Virus record (IMG/VR): IMGVR_UViG_3300006750_000002
Coordinates: 1 to 64,000 of that record
Strand: one strand, 5' to 3'
DNA: 64,000 nucleotides
From: a virus
Below are positions 28,347 to 38,643 of the stretch, piece after piece. Below the pieces are notes generated by a model. That model searched no databases. It had not been told where the DNA came from and was given only the letters and a program-made list of their open reading frames with translations. Within the stretch, counting starts at the first letter, position 1; the number at the start of each line of letters is the position of its first letter. A program made the position numbers and the translations under genes.

Positions 28347-28712
28347 TTAGTCAAATTTTACATTAATCCATACTTGGTTCATACTTTTATCACCGTTAGG
28401 GTTGTAGTTGGGTCTGGGTTCATCAAACTTTTCTGTCGTAGGGTTCCAGTTACGGACTCTATCTAATCTAAAAAATTTCCACCCAGGGACTTCGGTATCG
28501 GTAGCTCCTTCCGTTTGCCAAGCCCTCACCACGGGATTATTTTTCTTAGTTGTACCCGCACATACTGGTTCAATCGTCCTCCACCCTGGATTATTAATTG
28601 TATCCCCCTCATAGTAAATAACAGTAGTATTTCTATTTTTTATAGCTTTTTGGACTTCGTCCCTATTAGCTACCTCAAGTATAAGAGAATGTAGTGAGTT
28701 GTAAAGTTTCAT
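28347..28712 (-). CDS. Stand-alone WYL-domain protein
   Basis: AIKNRNTTVIYY...RTIEPV...VRAWQ...WKFFRLDRV is the WYL pattern. Confidence 0.8.
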   Translation of the reverse strand: MKLYNSLHSLILEVANRDEVQKAIKNRNTTVIYYEGDTINNPGWRTIEPVCAGTTKKNNPVVRAWQTEGATDTEVPGWKFFRLDRVRNWNPTTEKFDEPRPNYNPNGDKSMNQVWINVKFD

Positions 28713-28722
28713 ACATAAAAAC

Positions 28723-29046
28723 TTATGATGGAGTTAACCCGATAGTGCCACTAGTAACGTTATCGTCAGGAATACTATATCCATTACCAGAATTATAAGA
28801 ATTAGTTTTTACAATTTCTTTTCTAGTAAGAACATCGGTTTTAGTCCCTGTCTCTTGGTCCCTTACACCTAAAAATACAGATGTCCCTCTTCCTTTTTCG
28901 TCACCATCACTTAACGCGTGAGGATGTTGAGGCCCATATTTGTCGGATTTAGGACTATAAATATTTTTAGGGAATAATTTATCCCTTTCTGCTTGAGCAT
29001 ATTCTGATAATCTTGCTCCTGGTTGTAATTGTTGTTCACCTGCCAT
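28723..29046 (-). CDS. Hypothetical protein
   Basis: 107 aa; TATTTATA motif 12 nt upstream. Confidence 0.65.
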   Translation of the reverse strand: MAGEQQLQPGARLSEYAQAERDKLFPKNIYSPKSDKYGPQHPHALSDGDEKGRGTSVFLGVRDQETGTKTDVLTRKEIVKTNSYNSGNGYSIPDDNVTSGTIGLTPS

Positions 29047-29083
29047 AACTTTTTATTTTATAAATATTTTATTTTATCTTTAT

Positions 29084-29254
29084 TTATAGTTCAAACCCTA
29101 GATTTAGTAATATTACTTTGAATTTAGAACATTTATCATCATTACAAGGACAAATCTCCACCTCAAACACAGTTAATTTACCTAACCTAAAAGTTAGACC
29201 ATACTTAGCTTTTTTATTTTCACCTTTCCAGGCATTAATCCAATCTATTTTCAT
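29084..29254 (-). CDS. Small hypothetical protein (56 aa, MKIDWINAWKGENKK...), not in ORF track
   Basis: Manual translation; fills the gap, overlaps the end of the upstream gene. Confidence 0.55.
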   Translation of the reverse strand: MKIDWINAWKGENKKAKYGLTFRLGKLTVFEVEICPCNDDKCSKFKVILLNLGFEL

Positions 29255-29708
29255 AATTTATTAGTTTATTCATTCGTTTTATTGTTTCACTTAAAGTCAT
29301 CATACTATCCACACTGTCTGGTTCGGGTACGTTGACCTTGGTGGGATTTTTATTGCCGTCTTTTTCGTGTTCACTATAATGTGTATTCATCATACCACCA
29401 TTCATTTTAGTTTTTCTTCCAGAAGATTTACCATCTCTAAGTTGTTTCTCTAACTCTGAAAATACTTTTTTTCCGTACTCCCCACCAGTTAAGTTATATG
29501 GTGAGGTACCCTCTTCTTCATTTCTAAAAAAGTTATTTATTTTTTTTAGTAATTCCATACTAATCACTGGGTTTTTAATTATGTTAAGGGCACGTTCATA
29601 TCCCTCAGTGGTTTTTGGCCCAGTAAAATCCTGTACCACTGACTTAATGTGTTTAACACACTTGTTAGGTACTTTAATCTGATGTCCTTTAAGTGATTTA
29701 TCCGGCAT
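29235..29708 (-). CDS. Hypothetical protein
   Basis: 157-aa ORF in late operon. Confidence 0.65.
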   Translation of the reverse strand: MPDKSLKGHQIKVPNKCVKHIKSVVQDFTGPKTTEGYERALNIIKNPVISMELLKKINNFFRNEEEGTSPYNLTGGEYGKKVFSELEKQLRDGKSSGRKTKMNGGMMNTHYSEHEKDGNKNPTKVNVPEPDSVDSMMTLSETIKRMNKLINYENRLD

Positions 29709-30366
29709 TTTGGAGTTTATTTAATATTTTGTTAGGGTCGACACCCTCTACGTCACAGGCTTTTTTAAATCTAGAACCCAGTTTGTCGAGTATGGGGTAC
29801 TCTTTTTGGTCTAACAAGTCCATTTGAACACCCGTTCTAAGGTCTCCTTTCATATCTTTTTTATTTAAAATTACCTCTAACATATCTCGCATCTTTTTAT
29901 TAGACAACTCAACCAACCTCTGTCTGTCAGAATCTAAATCTTCCTTACTACCGTCCACTCTTTTTCCAGATTTACGGGCTTTGTCTATAGCTTTTGGTAA
30001 ACCCAAACCGTAGTCATCTTCGAAATGGTCAATAGTCTCTTGACCCGTCATTAAATCTATTTCCTCATTATCACCTAAAGAAGCTCCTTGGTATGACTCA
30101 CCCCAATATCTTTTATAGTAATAACCAAATCCATTGCCTTTTTGGTGTCCGGTTTTTACCATATCATCACTGGTACTTCGACTAATTTTATTAGTTTTGT
30201 TAATTCCTAGAGGAATTTTTGAGTTAAGCATAGAGCCGTCATAGTCTACCAGTTCTTCCAGTTCCTCCTTCTTTTTACCTTCTAATTGACCGGTTTCCCA
30301 CATTTCATGCTCTTCATCTGGATGAATATCACTACAACTTTTACCTTTATGTTCTAATCTCTTCAT
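29698..30366 (-). CDS. Hypothetical protein
   Basis: 222 aa; TATTTATA motif upstream. Confidence 0.65.
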   Translation of the reverse strand: MKRLEHKGKSCSDIHPDEEHEMWETGQLEGKKKEELEELVDYDGSMLNSKIPLGINKTNKISRSTSDDMVKTGHQKGNGFGYYYKRYWGESYQGASLGDNEEIDLMTGQETIDHFEDDYGLGLPKAIDKARKSGKRVDGSKEDLDSDRQRLVELSNKKMRDMLEVILNKKDMKGDLRTGVQMDLLDQKEYPILDKLGSRFKKACDVEGVDPNKILNKLQNAG

Positions 30367-30418
30367 AGTTTCTTTTTATCTATAAATATTAATGCATTCG
30401 TTAAATATTTATTTATGT

Positions 30419-33214
30419 ATGGGACCACAGAATTTAAATAACTATTACTTCAATAAATTAGACGCTAGGTTAGATTATAGTAGTTACTATGACATATTTT
30501 TAACGTCTGATGAATGGGATTACAACCGAGAAGTTGTATTTTCCCCTTACCTTATTTGTGTGGGTGACCACATTAATAACTATCTAAGTGGTGAGACTTG
30601 GTGTTCAGACTGTTTACCCTTATGGGTTGATTTGGGCAACCCTAAATCTAGTAGACAAATTTCTCCGTATTTGTGTACCGATTACGATGAAAACAATACT
30701 TTATTAAGTTTACCATACTGGTGTTCCGCATCACCTAACTCTAGCGATACCCAATGTACTTGTCCTAAATGTCAAAATAGAGAATTTACGGGACAAACTA
30801 AAGAGAAAACCTTGGTGTTTGTAGAATCGATTTGTGATGTTGGGTTAACTGGTGTTGACAATGGCCTGGTACAATACATGAGTGGTAATACCAATGAGTT
30901 TGACGTGTGTAAACTTTCATTAGTTAAAGTTAGTGCGTTTACAAGTACAATAACTGGAACTACGGCGGTGACGGGAATCTGCCAACCAACTGACGTAAGT
31001 TTGGGTACACATACCCCACCCAAGGTGAGTTACGATATATTAAATGGTGATTTGTTGATTGAGTACCCGTGTATTAAAAAACATGGTAGTTTAGGTCCTG
31101 GTGTGTCGTCGGGTTCGACGACAGTTAGTAACTTTAGTTTGGTTAATTCCGCTATGACATATTCGGGTTGTTGTAATTTTATCGCTGAAAGCGGTTATAC
31201 CTTCACTATTTCAGATGTTAATATAATTCTTTCCGCAGGTACAGAAAATAATGGCATTTTTACTGGTAAGACAACTATAGACTATGGTTACTGGGAAGCA
31301 CCTTGTAAACTAGACTCACTTAAAATATGGACTGATATGCCTGACCAGTATAAGTGGGACCATTTGCATTATGATAGAAGATTTAAAATGAAACAGGTCA
31401 CTGGTTTAACTCACCAGTACAGTTATGGCATAGAATCGGTTTCGGGTCAGACGGAAGGGTACTATAATAACTTAAGAGGTGGATTTTACCAAGGATTCTA
31501 CGAACTTTATGGTTACCCTTACCAAGTCTTACCTGAAAGGGCCGAGTGTGGTTGGACAGTAGAAAGTCTATTAAAATTTGATGTCGAATGTGTTACTGAA
31601 TGTATAATTCCTGGTTCTAAAACGTTAAACGATGTGTACAAGGGGAATAAAGGAATATATTTCTATATGGGCACCCGAGCAGAAAATAAGTTCCATAATT
31701 TTTACTCTGCGGAGACCCACCTAAATACGTGTGACCAAAATGACTATAGTTGTTCAGGTATACCTATCCCAATCGTAACTACAGGGACTACTGGCCACTG
31801 TGGTACGGAGGTCCAAGTTATTACCTCTACTTATGATGAAAAAATAGATTCTTTAAGTAACTCTTTTGCCCTTCGGTTGACTGATGAGGGTAGAGTGGGA
31901 TACAAAGCTTTATATTATACAGGTAGTTGTGCTACCACCTACTCAGACAAAAAGGTTTTAGATTGTAACACTAATGAGTACTATGTTGTAAAAGATTGTG
32001 TTACAGGATTAACATATATTTCTGATTACACCATTATAGAAAAATATAGTGATATTGTTTGTGGGTTAACTGGGAGTACTTTTGTGGAGACTTGTCCTTG
32101 GCTATTAATAAGTGCCAGATTCCAAAGAGACTATTGTTACGAAGGGTGTGATTTAGAAAATAAAGGTGGGGTAAATGATTTAATCAATATACCAATTATC
32201 GACACTCCAGGATATATAGATTCTGGTTTAAATAGCACCTCAGTTAGTTTAGTTAGGGAATCACCGTTAATGCCTGGATGGCAAGACCAGGGAAACAAAG
32301 TGGTAGTGACAGGTCAATATTTGGGTCCTGGTGATGTGGTAACTGGTTGTACAACTACAGAGTGTTGTTCTGAATGTGCACAACCCAACTGTTCTGGGTG
32401 TGGACCCGGAAGGGGTTGTACCACAAATTATACTAAATTGACTGAAGAAATTAAATTTTCTAAAAAATGGTCTGACGAAAGATTTTTAAGAAAAGGAACT
32501 TTAACTATTTTTGTTAACGGAAGACCTGTCTTAGTGGACCCTGATTTTGAAGAAATAATACCTAGAAGGTTAAACACCGAAAAGCAAAAACAAGTTGGTG
32601 TCCCGTTTAATATTTCATGGGGTGGTGGAACCCAAGGCCTTATAGATAACCAAACATTTAGTGTGGATACAAGTGGTAACACCATCACCTGCCCTCCGTA
32701 TGTTCAAGACCCAAACGATTTAGGTTTACTAATAGAAAAGAATTTTGCGGGAACCTATATAGGGGGAATATCCCAATTAAGGTATTATATTAGGCCTTTG
32801 GGTGTGGATGAAATTTTCCACAATTTCTTGGTTAATAAAGACCGTTATGATTTAGTAGATTGTGCGGGGGGTTGTACGAATGGGTGTGGACCATGTCCCG
32901 CTATCATAATAAGAGATTGTGATTCTTTAGATATAATATTAGATTTTGCTGTAGGACAGGATATGGTTGCGGTGGATAGTTTAGCTCAATTTATTGTACC
33001 TCCAGAATATATATCTGTTAAATTTACGGGGGTGCTGGTGGATAATGTCATTAGTTATACCATAACCCGTATAGAAAATATGAAGACAGGCCCGAGTTCC
33101 ATAGTTACCACACCTTTTTTAGCCTCACCAACCGACGTAATCCAAGTAGACATAGTTAAATTTGATGTCACAAAAGAATCTAAAGTAAGTATTATAGGCA
33201 ATTTAACTAAGTAA
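30419..33214 (+). CDS. Cys-rich virion structural protein with LamG/concanavalin-like elements (likely start MGPQN)
   Basis: LTIFVNG and IGGISQLRYYIRPL...EI..NF resemble LamG termini; many Cys and [ST]GxT motifs. Confidence 0.55.
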   Translation: MGPQNLNNYYFNKLDARLDYSSYYDIFLTSDEWDYNREVVFSPYLICVGDHINNYLSGETWCSDCLPLWVDLGNPKSSRQISPYLCTDYDENNTLLSLPYWCSASPNSSDTQCTCPKCQNREFTGQTKEKTLVFVESICDVGLTGVDNGLVQYMSGNTNEFDVCKLSLVKVSAFTSTITGTTAVTGICQPTDVSLGTHTPPKVSYDILNGDLLIEYPCIKKHGSLGPGVSSGSTTVSNFSLVNSAMTYSGCCNFIAESGYTFTISDVNIILSAGTENNGIFTGKTTIDYGYWEAPCKLDSLKIWTDMPDQYKWDHLHYDRRFKMKQVTGLTHQYSYGIESVSGQTEGYYNNLRGGFYQGFYELYGYPYQVLPERAECGWTVESLLKFDVECVTECIIPGSKTLNDVYKGNKGIYFYMGTRAENKFHNFYSAETHLNTCDQNDYSCSGIPIPIVTTGTTGHCGTEVQVITSTYDEKIDSLSNSFALRLTDEGRVGYKALYYTGSCATTYSDKKVLDCNTNEYYVVKDCVTGLTYISDYTIIEKYSDIVCGLTGSTFVETCPWLLISARFQRDYCYEGCDLENKGGVNDLINIPIIDTPGYIDSGLNSTSVSLVRESPLMPGWQDQGNKVVVTGQYLGPGDVVTGCTTTECCSECAQPNCSGCGPGRGCTTNYTKLTEEIKFSKKWSDERFLRKGTLTIFVNGRPVLVDPDFEEIIPRRLNTEKQKQVGVPFNISWGGGTQGLIDNQTFSVDTSGNTITCPPYVQDPNDLGLLIEKNFAGTYIGGISQLRYYIRPLGVDEIFHNFLVNKDRYDLVDCAGGCTNGCGPCPAIIIRDCDSLDIILDFAVGQDMVAVDSLAQFIVPPEYISVKFTGVLVDNVISYTITRIENMKTGPSSIVTTPFLASPTDVIQVDIVKFDVTKESKVSIIGNLTK

Positions 33215-33239
33215 AAAACTATTTATAAAATAAAAAAAT

Positions 33240-35414
33240 ATGTCTTGTAAATGTAAAAATATTATAGAAAACTTCCAAGGAGGGTCAATTCCTTTAGATA
33301 CAATATTTGGGGGTAACGTTCAAATATGTGGTGCTGGTAAAACCCTAAGTGTAGAAAATATAATAGGTTGTTCACCAGTAACCATAGGTAATGACAGTGG
33401 TTGTACTTCAGGTAATACTGCTTTAGTGGTAAGCGGAAGTTCTATATTTGGGTGTGACGTAAATATATTGGGGAACATATATAGTGGTGGTACTAACTTG
33501 ATGGATATTTTTTCGTCTGGTGGTTCTGGCACTGATTACTACACAACAGGTTTTACATTTAACCCAGCTAACTACGACCTAACAGTTAGTCTTAATAATG
33601 GTAATAATTTAACACAGAATTTGGGTATTTTAGCTGGTGATTTAACAGTGACTGGTGGTACTTATAATCCATCAAATGGTGTTGCCACATTTACCAATAA
33701 CCGTGGTGGTACTTTTGATGTTACTGGGTTTTTAACTGGTTATACAGATACTGATGTTTTCGTTACAGGTGGAACGTATATCGGTAACACATTAGAATTT
33801 ACAAATAATAGTGGTGGAACATTTAGTGTAACTGGAATTACTGGTACTGATTACTACACAACTGGTCTTACATTTAACTCAGGAACTTATGATTTAACTG
33901 TAAGTTTAAATAATGGAAGTGCTTTTACACAGAGCTTAGGTATATTATCTAGTGATATGACCATTACTGGTGGTACATATAACCCATCAAATGGTGTTGG
34001 TACATTTACAAATAATAGTGGTGGTACATTTCAAGTAACAGGATTTTTAACTGGTTATACCGACATATATACAACTGGTGTAACATTAAATGGTAACAGT
34101 ATTGAATTTGATAGAACTGACACATCTAATGCATATTCTGTAGATTTATCCCCAATATTATCAGGGTTTTCAGGTACTGATGTCTTTGTTACTGGTGGAA
34201 CTTATAGTTCATCAGCGGCAACAATAACTTTTACGAATAATACTGGTGGTACCTTTACTGTAACAGGTATATCTGGTGGTACTGGTAGTACTTCACCTGC
34301 TGGTTCTAATACACAAATACAATTCAATGATAGTGGTTCGTTTGGAGCAAATACAGGGTTTACATTTGATACCACTAGCCAAACTTTATTTACTGAGTCT
34401 AATGTCAGTGGGACTAGTGTTAATTTTTACAATGGGTTATCCAATTTTGATGTTGGTTTTGGTAGTACAGAAGTAATAGGTACGACTACGATTTATAATG
34501 CCGACCCGATTGGTAGTACTAGTGGTGTTACTATGTTCACTATGGGTGATTTAACCGATGTATTTGGTGAGGATAACAGTTACTTATTAGGGTTTATCAA
34601 TGCTACTGGTAATACTAATAGTCTTATCGTTGGTACTCCTGAAAGTACTAGGATTGTGTATCAACCATCAGATGGTGGTGGTAGTAGTAATTATATCGCA
34701 GTTGGTTATGGTGGTATCACTAATGAAATATTAAGCGGTAAAACATTCGAGGTTCAGGGTGTTTCTAATACATTATTAAACGTTAATAATTCTGGAACCA
34801 CATTCCACAGTGCTTATACGTTTCCAACAACGGACGGAAACCAAGGCCAAGTACTTAAAACAGATGGTGGTGGTAGTGTATCTTGGTCTAACGGTACAAG
34901 TGGTTTGTTTGCACAAACTGGTGATAGTACAACAGTGTCGGCCACTACAGGAACAACTACATCAATTATTGGTTCGGGTGTCGGTGAATTTAAATTTCCA
35001 GCTAATACTCTACAAGGAGGGGATACATTTCATATTAAGTGTGGTGGACTTTTAAAAAATATTGGGGCTTCAGGTTTAGCCTTTAACCTTTCAGGTGCAA
35101 CAGAATTATTAGATACTGGAATCATCGGTAACAACGGAGCAGTTAGTACATCAATTGACAGACCGTGGGAATTAGAAATTGATTTAACAATAAGGTCAAC
35201 TGGTGCCATCGGTACTGCTATAGTTGTTGGTGAATTTAATTGGGCGGGACTTTTACTACCTGGTGGTGCTGGACTTAGTGTAAATCGTTGGAATTTTCAT
35301 CAAAGCTCATCAATAGATACCACCGTTGATAATGCATTAGACTTAGCTGTAGAATTGGGAGACCTTACTTCAGCAATATATTCTCAGTTAACTTATCTTA
35401 ATAAAGTTTATTAG
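33240..35414 (+). CDS. Gly/Thr-rich tail fibre-like protein with internal repeats
   Basis: VTGGTY and TNNxGGTF repeats; AGSNTQIQFNDSGSFG motif; FPTTDGNQGQVLKTDG motif typical of fibres. Confidence 0.7.
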   Translation: MSCKCKNIIENFQGGSIPLDTIFGGNVQICGAGKTLSVENIIGCSPVTIGNDSGCTSGNTALVVSGSSIFGCDVNILGNIYSGGTNLMDIFSSGGSGTDYYTTGFTFNPANYDLTVSLNNGNNLTQNLGILAGDLTVTGGTYNPSNGVATFTNNRGGTFDVTGFLTGYTDTDVFVTGGTYIGNTLEFTNNSGGTFSVTGITGTDYYTTGLTFNSGTYDLTVSLNNGSAFTQSLGILSSDMTITGGTYNPSNGVGTFTNNSGGTFQVTGFLTGYTDIYTTGVTLNGNSIEFDRTDTSNAYSVDLSPILSGFSGTDVFVTGGTYSSSAATITFTNNTGGTFTVTGISGGTGSTSPAGSNTQIQFNDSGSFGANTGFTFDTTSQTLFTESNVSGTSVNFYNGLSNFDVGFGSTEVIGTTTIYNADPIGSTSGVTMFTMGDLTDVFGEDNSYLLGFINATGNTNSLIVGTPESTRIVYQPSDGGGSSNYIAVGYGGITNEILSGKTFEVQGVSNTLLNVNNSGTTFHSAYTFPTTDGNQGQVLKTDGGGSVSWSNGTSGLFAQTGDSTTVSATTGTTTSIIGSGVGEFKFPANTLQGGDTFHIKCGGLLKNIGASGLAFNLSGATELLDTGIIGNNGAVSTSIDRPWELEIDLTIRSTGAIGTAIVVGEFNWAGLLLPGGAGLSVNRWNFHQSSSIDTTVDNALDLAVELGDLTSAIYSQLTYLNKVY
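33528..34064 (+). repeat. 222-nt (74-aa) intragenic direct repeat, two copies (33528-33749 and 33843-34064)
   Basis: GTDYYTTG[FL]TFN...TGFLTGYTD occurs twice; shorter TDVFVTGGTY units at ~33750 and ~34176. Confidence 0.85.
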
Positions 35415-35458
35415 TGTTTAATTAGGTTACATATACAAATAATAAAAAAAATAAAAAA

Positions 35459-35833
35459 ATGGAATTTTTTATAAGAAAAGACTCATTAGAACCAGTATTA
35501 AAAATGCAATTAATACAAGATGGTAGAAACGACTTTAGAAAGTTTTACCAAGGATTAGAGAACGCTTCTTTAAGTTTTTCTATGAAAAAGGTAGATACTG
35601 GAGAATATGTTATTTTGAATAAAGCCGCAGGAATCGTACAAAAAACAGAGTTAGACCCCATCAATGACCCAGAATATTACATTTATTATAGATGGCAACC
35701 TTCTGATGTTATGGAAACAGGTAGATATCAAGGACAATTTTTGATAGAATTTTTAACCGAAGGCACACAGTTAGTGGCACCGATTAGAGAAGACTTATAC
35801 ATCAGCATTCAAGAAAGTTTCGGAATAATTTAA
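35459..35833 (+). CDS. BppU-N-like baseplate/fibre accessory protein
   Basis: FFIRKDSLEPVLKMQL...YYRW...D...GRYQGQF.IEF pattern. Confidence 0.5.
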   Translation: MEFFIRKDSLEPVLKMQLIQDGRNDFRKFYQGLENASLSFSMKKVDTGEYVILNKAAGIVQKTELDPINDPEYYIYYRWQPSDVMETGRYQGQFLIEFLTEGTQLVAPIREDLYISIQESFGII

Positions 35834-35834
35834 A

Positions 35835-35863
35835 TTGACATCCCCCCAACAGTTTCTTATATT
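35835..35863 (+). promoter_or_regulatory. Sigma70-like promoter TTGACA-N17-TATATT upstream of DNA polymerase
   Basis: Near-consensus -35/-10 with 17-nt spacer. Confidence 0.55.
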
Positions 35864-35931
35864 TTAATTAATGTTAAGTAAAATTCACCATCGAGGTGAA
35901 GCTAATATTACAAACGAAAATTATTATATAC

Positions 35932-38643
35932 ATGAAGCCTACACAAGAAGAAATTCAACAATTTTTAGAGGGTGGTGACCCTGAAAAATACATAGTAGCG
36001 GTAGAATACGATTACCGTAGTAGTTCTATATTTAAAATCAAAGAAGACCCAATTAATGGTAAACAAATAATTAAAGATAAATTTGTGCCTTTTGCTTGGG
36101 TCGGTGATTTACGACCCCATAAGTTTTATTCTAATAGTAAAGTTAGGCAAAAAGAAGCCATGTCCAAACATGGGATTATTATAGAAAAATTAAATAACCA
36201 TGAACAACCTAGGTTAGTTGAAGGGTTAAATTTTATAATTAAAACCACGAAAACCTACCAGAACTTAGTTTCGTTCTTTAGGGAAGGTGGAGTAAACCCT
36301 TGGGGGGAGGAGAGTAGGCAAGCTATCATCATATTATCGCCAGTAGAACAATACTTAATCCAAAAAGAAAAAAGACTATTTAAAGGTTTCGAGAACTATA
36401 ACGACATCCATAGATTGGTTTTTGATATCGAAACAACCGCTTTACGTCCTACCGATGGCATGATTTTTTTGGTGGGAATATTAGATAATAGGGGTAATAG
36501 TGAGATATTCTACGCTCACGACGATGAAAGTGAAAGGCAACTCATTATTAGTTTCTTTGAAACTTTAAATCGGGTTCGACCTACTATTATAGGTGGGTAT
36601 AACTCTTCCTCATTCGACTGGGAGTGGATGTTTAAACGTGCAGAGATACTCGGACTTAATATAACTGAAATTTCCAACACTCTTCATCCAAACATAAATA
36701 TTAGAAGAAGGGAGTCTAGACTAAAGTTAGGAGCTGAAATGGAAGAGTATATGTCCACTAATATGTGGGGATATAACATCGTTGATATAGCACACGCGGT
36801 TAGACGAGCCCAAACTATTAATTCAGACATTAAGAGTTGGGGACTTAAATACATAACCCAATTCATAGGAGCAAATAAAGAAAGTCGTGTGTATGTTCCA
36901 GGAGATAAGATATCTTCAATATATGAAGAAAATTTAGACTATTTCTTTAACCCACGGACGGGCAATTACAAACTAAAGGACACTAAGGGTTTAAGTGATT
37001 TAGTTCGTAAACACCCGAATGTTTATGCGGAGGTCAGTGGTCAATATATAATTAAAAAATATCTAGAGGGGGACATTGAAGAAACTTTAACAGTAGATGA
37101 GGAATTTAACCAAGCTTCATTTCTTTTAGCTTCTATGGTACCTACAACTTATGAAAGAGTTTCCACCATGGGGACAGCAACATTATGGAAAATGTTAATG
37201 TTATCGTGGTCATATAAATACAATCTAGCCATCCCGAAGAAAGATGAACAAAGGCCATTCGTAGGTGGGTTATCTAGATTACTTAAGACTGGTTACTCCA
37301 CTAATGTTTTAAAGTTAGATTTTAGCTCGTTGTACCCTTCTATCCAGTTAGTGCATAACGTTTTTCCTGAGTGCGACGTTACTGGGGCTATGGAATCTAT
37401 GTTAAAATATTTTAGGGACACAAGAATCAAATATAAGAAATTAGCCTCTAAATACTCTGGTGTTGACGATAAAAAGTCCTCATCCTATGGTAGAAAACAA
37501 CTGCCTATTAAAATTTTCATTAACTCCATGTTCGGTTCTTTATCCGCTCCTCAGGTTTTCCCTTGGGGTGAAATGGATATGGGTGAAATGGTGACCTGTA
37601 CTGGAAGGCAATATCTTAGACATATGATAAGATGGTTTATGGAAAGGGACTACTCCCCTTTAGTGTTGGACACAGATGGGGTAAACTTTTCGTCACCAGA
37701 AGGTGTGGAAGAAAGACTTTATATTGGTAAAGGAAATAACGAATTAGTTGTGGAAGATAAAGAATATAAAGGTGCAGACGCAGATGTGGCTGAATATAAT
37801 GATTTATATATGAGAGATGAAATGGGGTTAGACACTGACGGCACTTGGCCTTCCTGTATAAATGTAGCTAGAAAGAATTATGCTTTATTGACAGATAAAG
37901 GTAAGGTTAAATTAACTGGTAACTCAATCAAGTCTAAAACACTGCAAGGGTTTTTGGTGGAGTTTATCGATGAGGGGTTAGAAATGTTATTAAACGGTGA
38001 TGGTAAGTCTTTTATTGAACATTACTATTCTTATGTTGACAAAGTATACAATAAGGAAATCCCACTATCTAAAATAGCTAACAAATCCAGAGTAAAGTTA
38101 ACGGTAAATGAGTATAAAGAAAGAGCAAAAAGAGTGACAAAAGCTGGTAACCCTATGTCAAAAATGGCACACATGGAATTGGTTATTAGAGAGAACTTAA
38201 GGGTTAATCTAGGGGATACGATTTATTACGTTAATAATGGTACAGCGATGTCTCACGGTGACGTACAAAATAAAAAGTTAAAAGATGGGACTAAAGAAAC
38301 AATTCTTAGGTGTTATAGAATCCCAGAAAAAGATATAGAGGAATCACCTGAAACGTGTGGTGACTATAATGTCGCTAGGTATATGAATACGTTTAATAAA
38401 AGAGTTGAGCCTTTACTAGTTGTTTTTAAACCAGATGTTAGAGATAGTCTCATAGTTACGAAACCAGAAGATAGGCAGTTTTTCACTAATAAACAATGTG
38501 AATTAATAAATGGTTTAACGAGAAGGGAAGGGGACCAGGATGATTTAGACGATGTTCTTTCTCTTTCTACTGAGGAACAGGTATTTTGGGGTAAGATGGG
38601 TCAGAATCCAGATAGGTTCTTAGAACCACTAGGAATTTTTTAA
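35932..38643 (+). CDS. polB: DNA polymerase family B (likely start MKPTQEE)
   Basis: Exo FDIET, GYNSSSFD; polymerase LDFSSLYPSI, KIFINSMFG, LDTDG, RKNYA. Confidence 0.93.
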   Translation: MKPTQEEIQQFLEGGDPEKYIVAVEYDYRSSSIFKIKEDPINGKQIIKDKFVPFAWVGDLRPHKFYSNSKVRQKEAMSKHGIIIEKLNNHEQPRLVEGLNFIIKTTKTYQNLVSFFREGGVNPWGEESRQAIIILSPVEQYLIQKEKRLFKGFENYNDIHRLVFDIETTALRPTDGMIFLVGILDNRGNSEIFYAHDDESERQLIISFFETLNRVRPTIIGGYNSSSFDWEWMFKRAEILGLNITEISNTLHPNINIRRRESRLKLGAEMEEYMSTNMWGYNIVDIAHAVRRAQTINSDIKSWGLKYITQFIGANKESRVYVPGDKISSIYEENLDYFFNPRTGNYKLKDTKGLSDLVRKHPNVYAEVSGQYIIKKYLEGDIEETLTVDEEFNQASFLLASMVPTTYERVSTMGTATLWKMLMLSWSYKYNLAIPKKDEQRPFVGGLSRLLKTGYSTNVLKLDFSSLYPSIQLVHNVFPECDVTGAMESMLKYFRDTRIKYKKLASKYSGVDDKKSSSYGRKQLPIKIFINSMFGSLSAPQVFPWGEMDMGEMVTCTGRQYLRHMIRWFMERDYSPLVLDTDGVNFSSPEGVEERLYIGKGNNELVVEDKEYKGADADVAEYNDLYMRDEMGLDTDGTWPSCINVARKNYALLTDKGKVKLTGNSIKSKTLQGFLVEFIDEGLEMLLNGDGKSFIEHYYSYVDKVYNKEIPLSKIANKSRVKLTVNEYKERAKRVTKAGNPMSKMAHMELVIRENLRVNLGDTIYYVNNGTAMSHGDVQNKKLKDGTKETILRCYRIPEKDIEESPETCGDYNVARYMNTFNKRVEPLLVVFKPDVRDSLIVTKPEDRQFFTNKQCELINGLTRREGDQDDLDDVLSLSTEEQVFWGKMGQNPDRFLEPLGIF

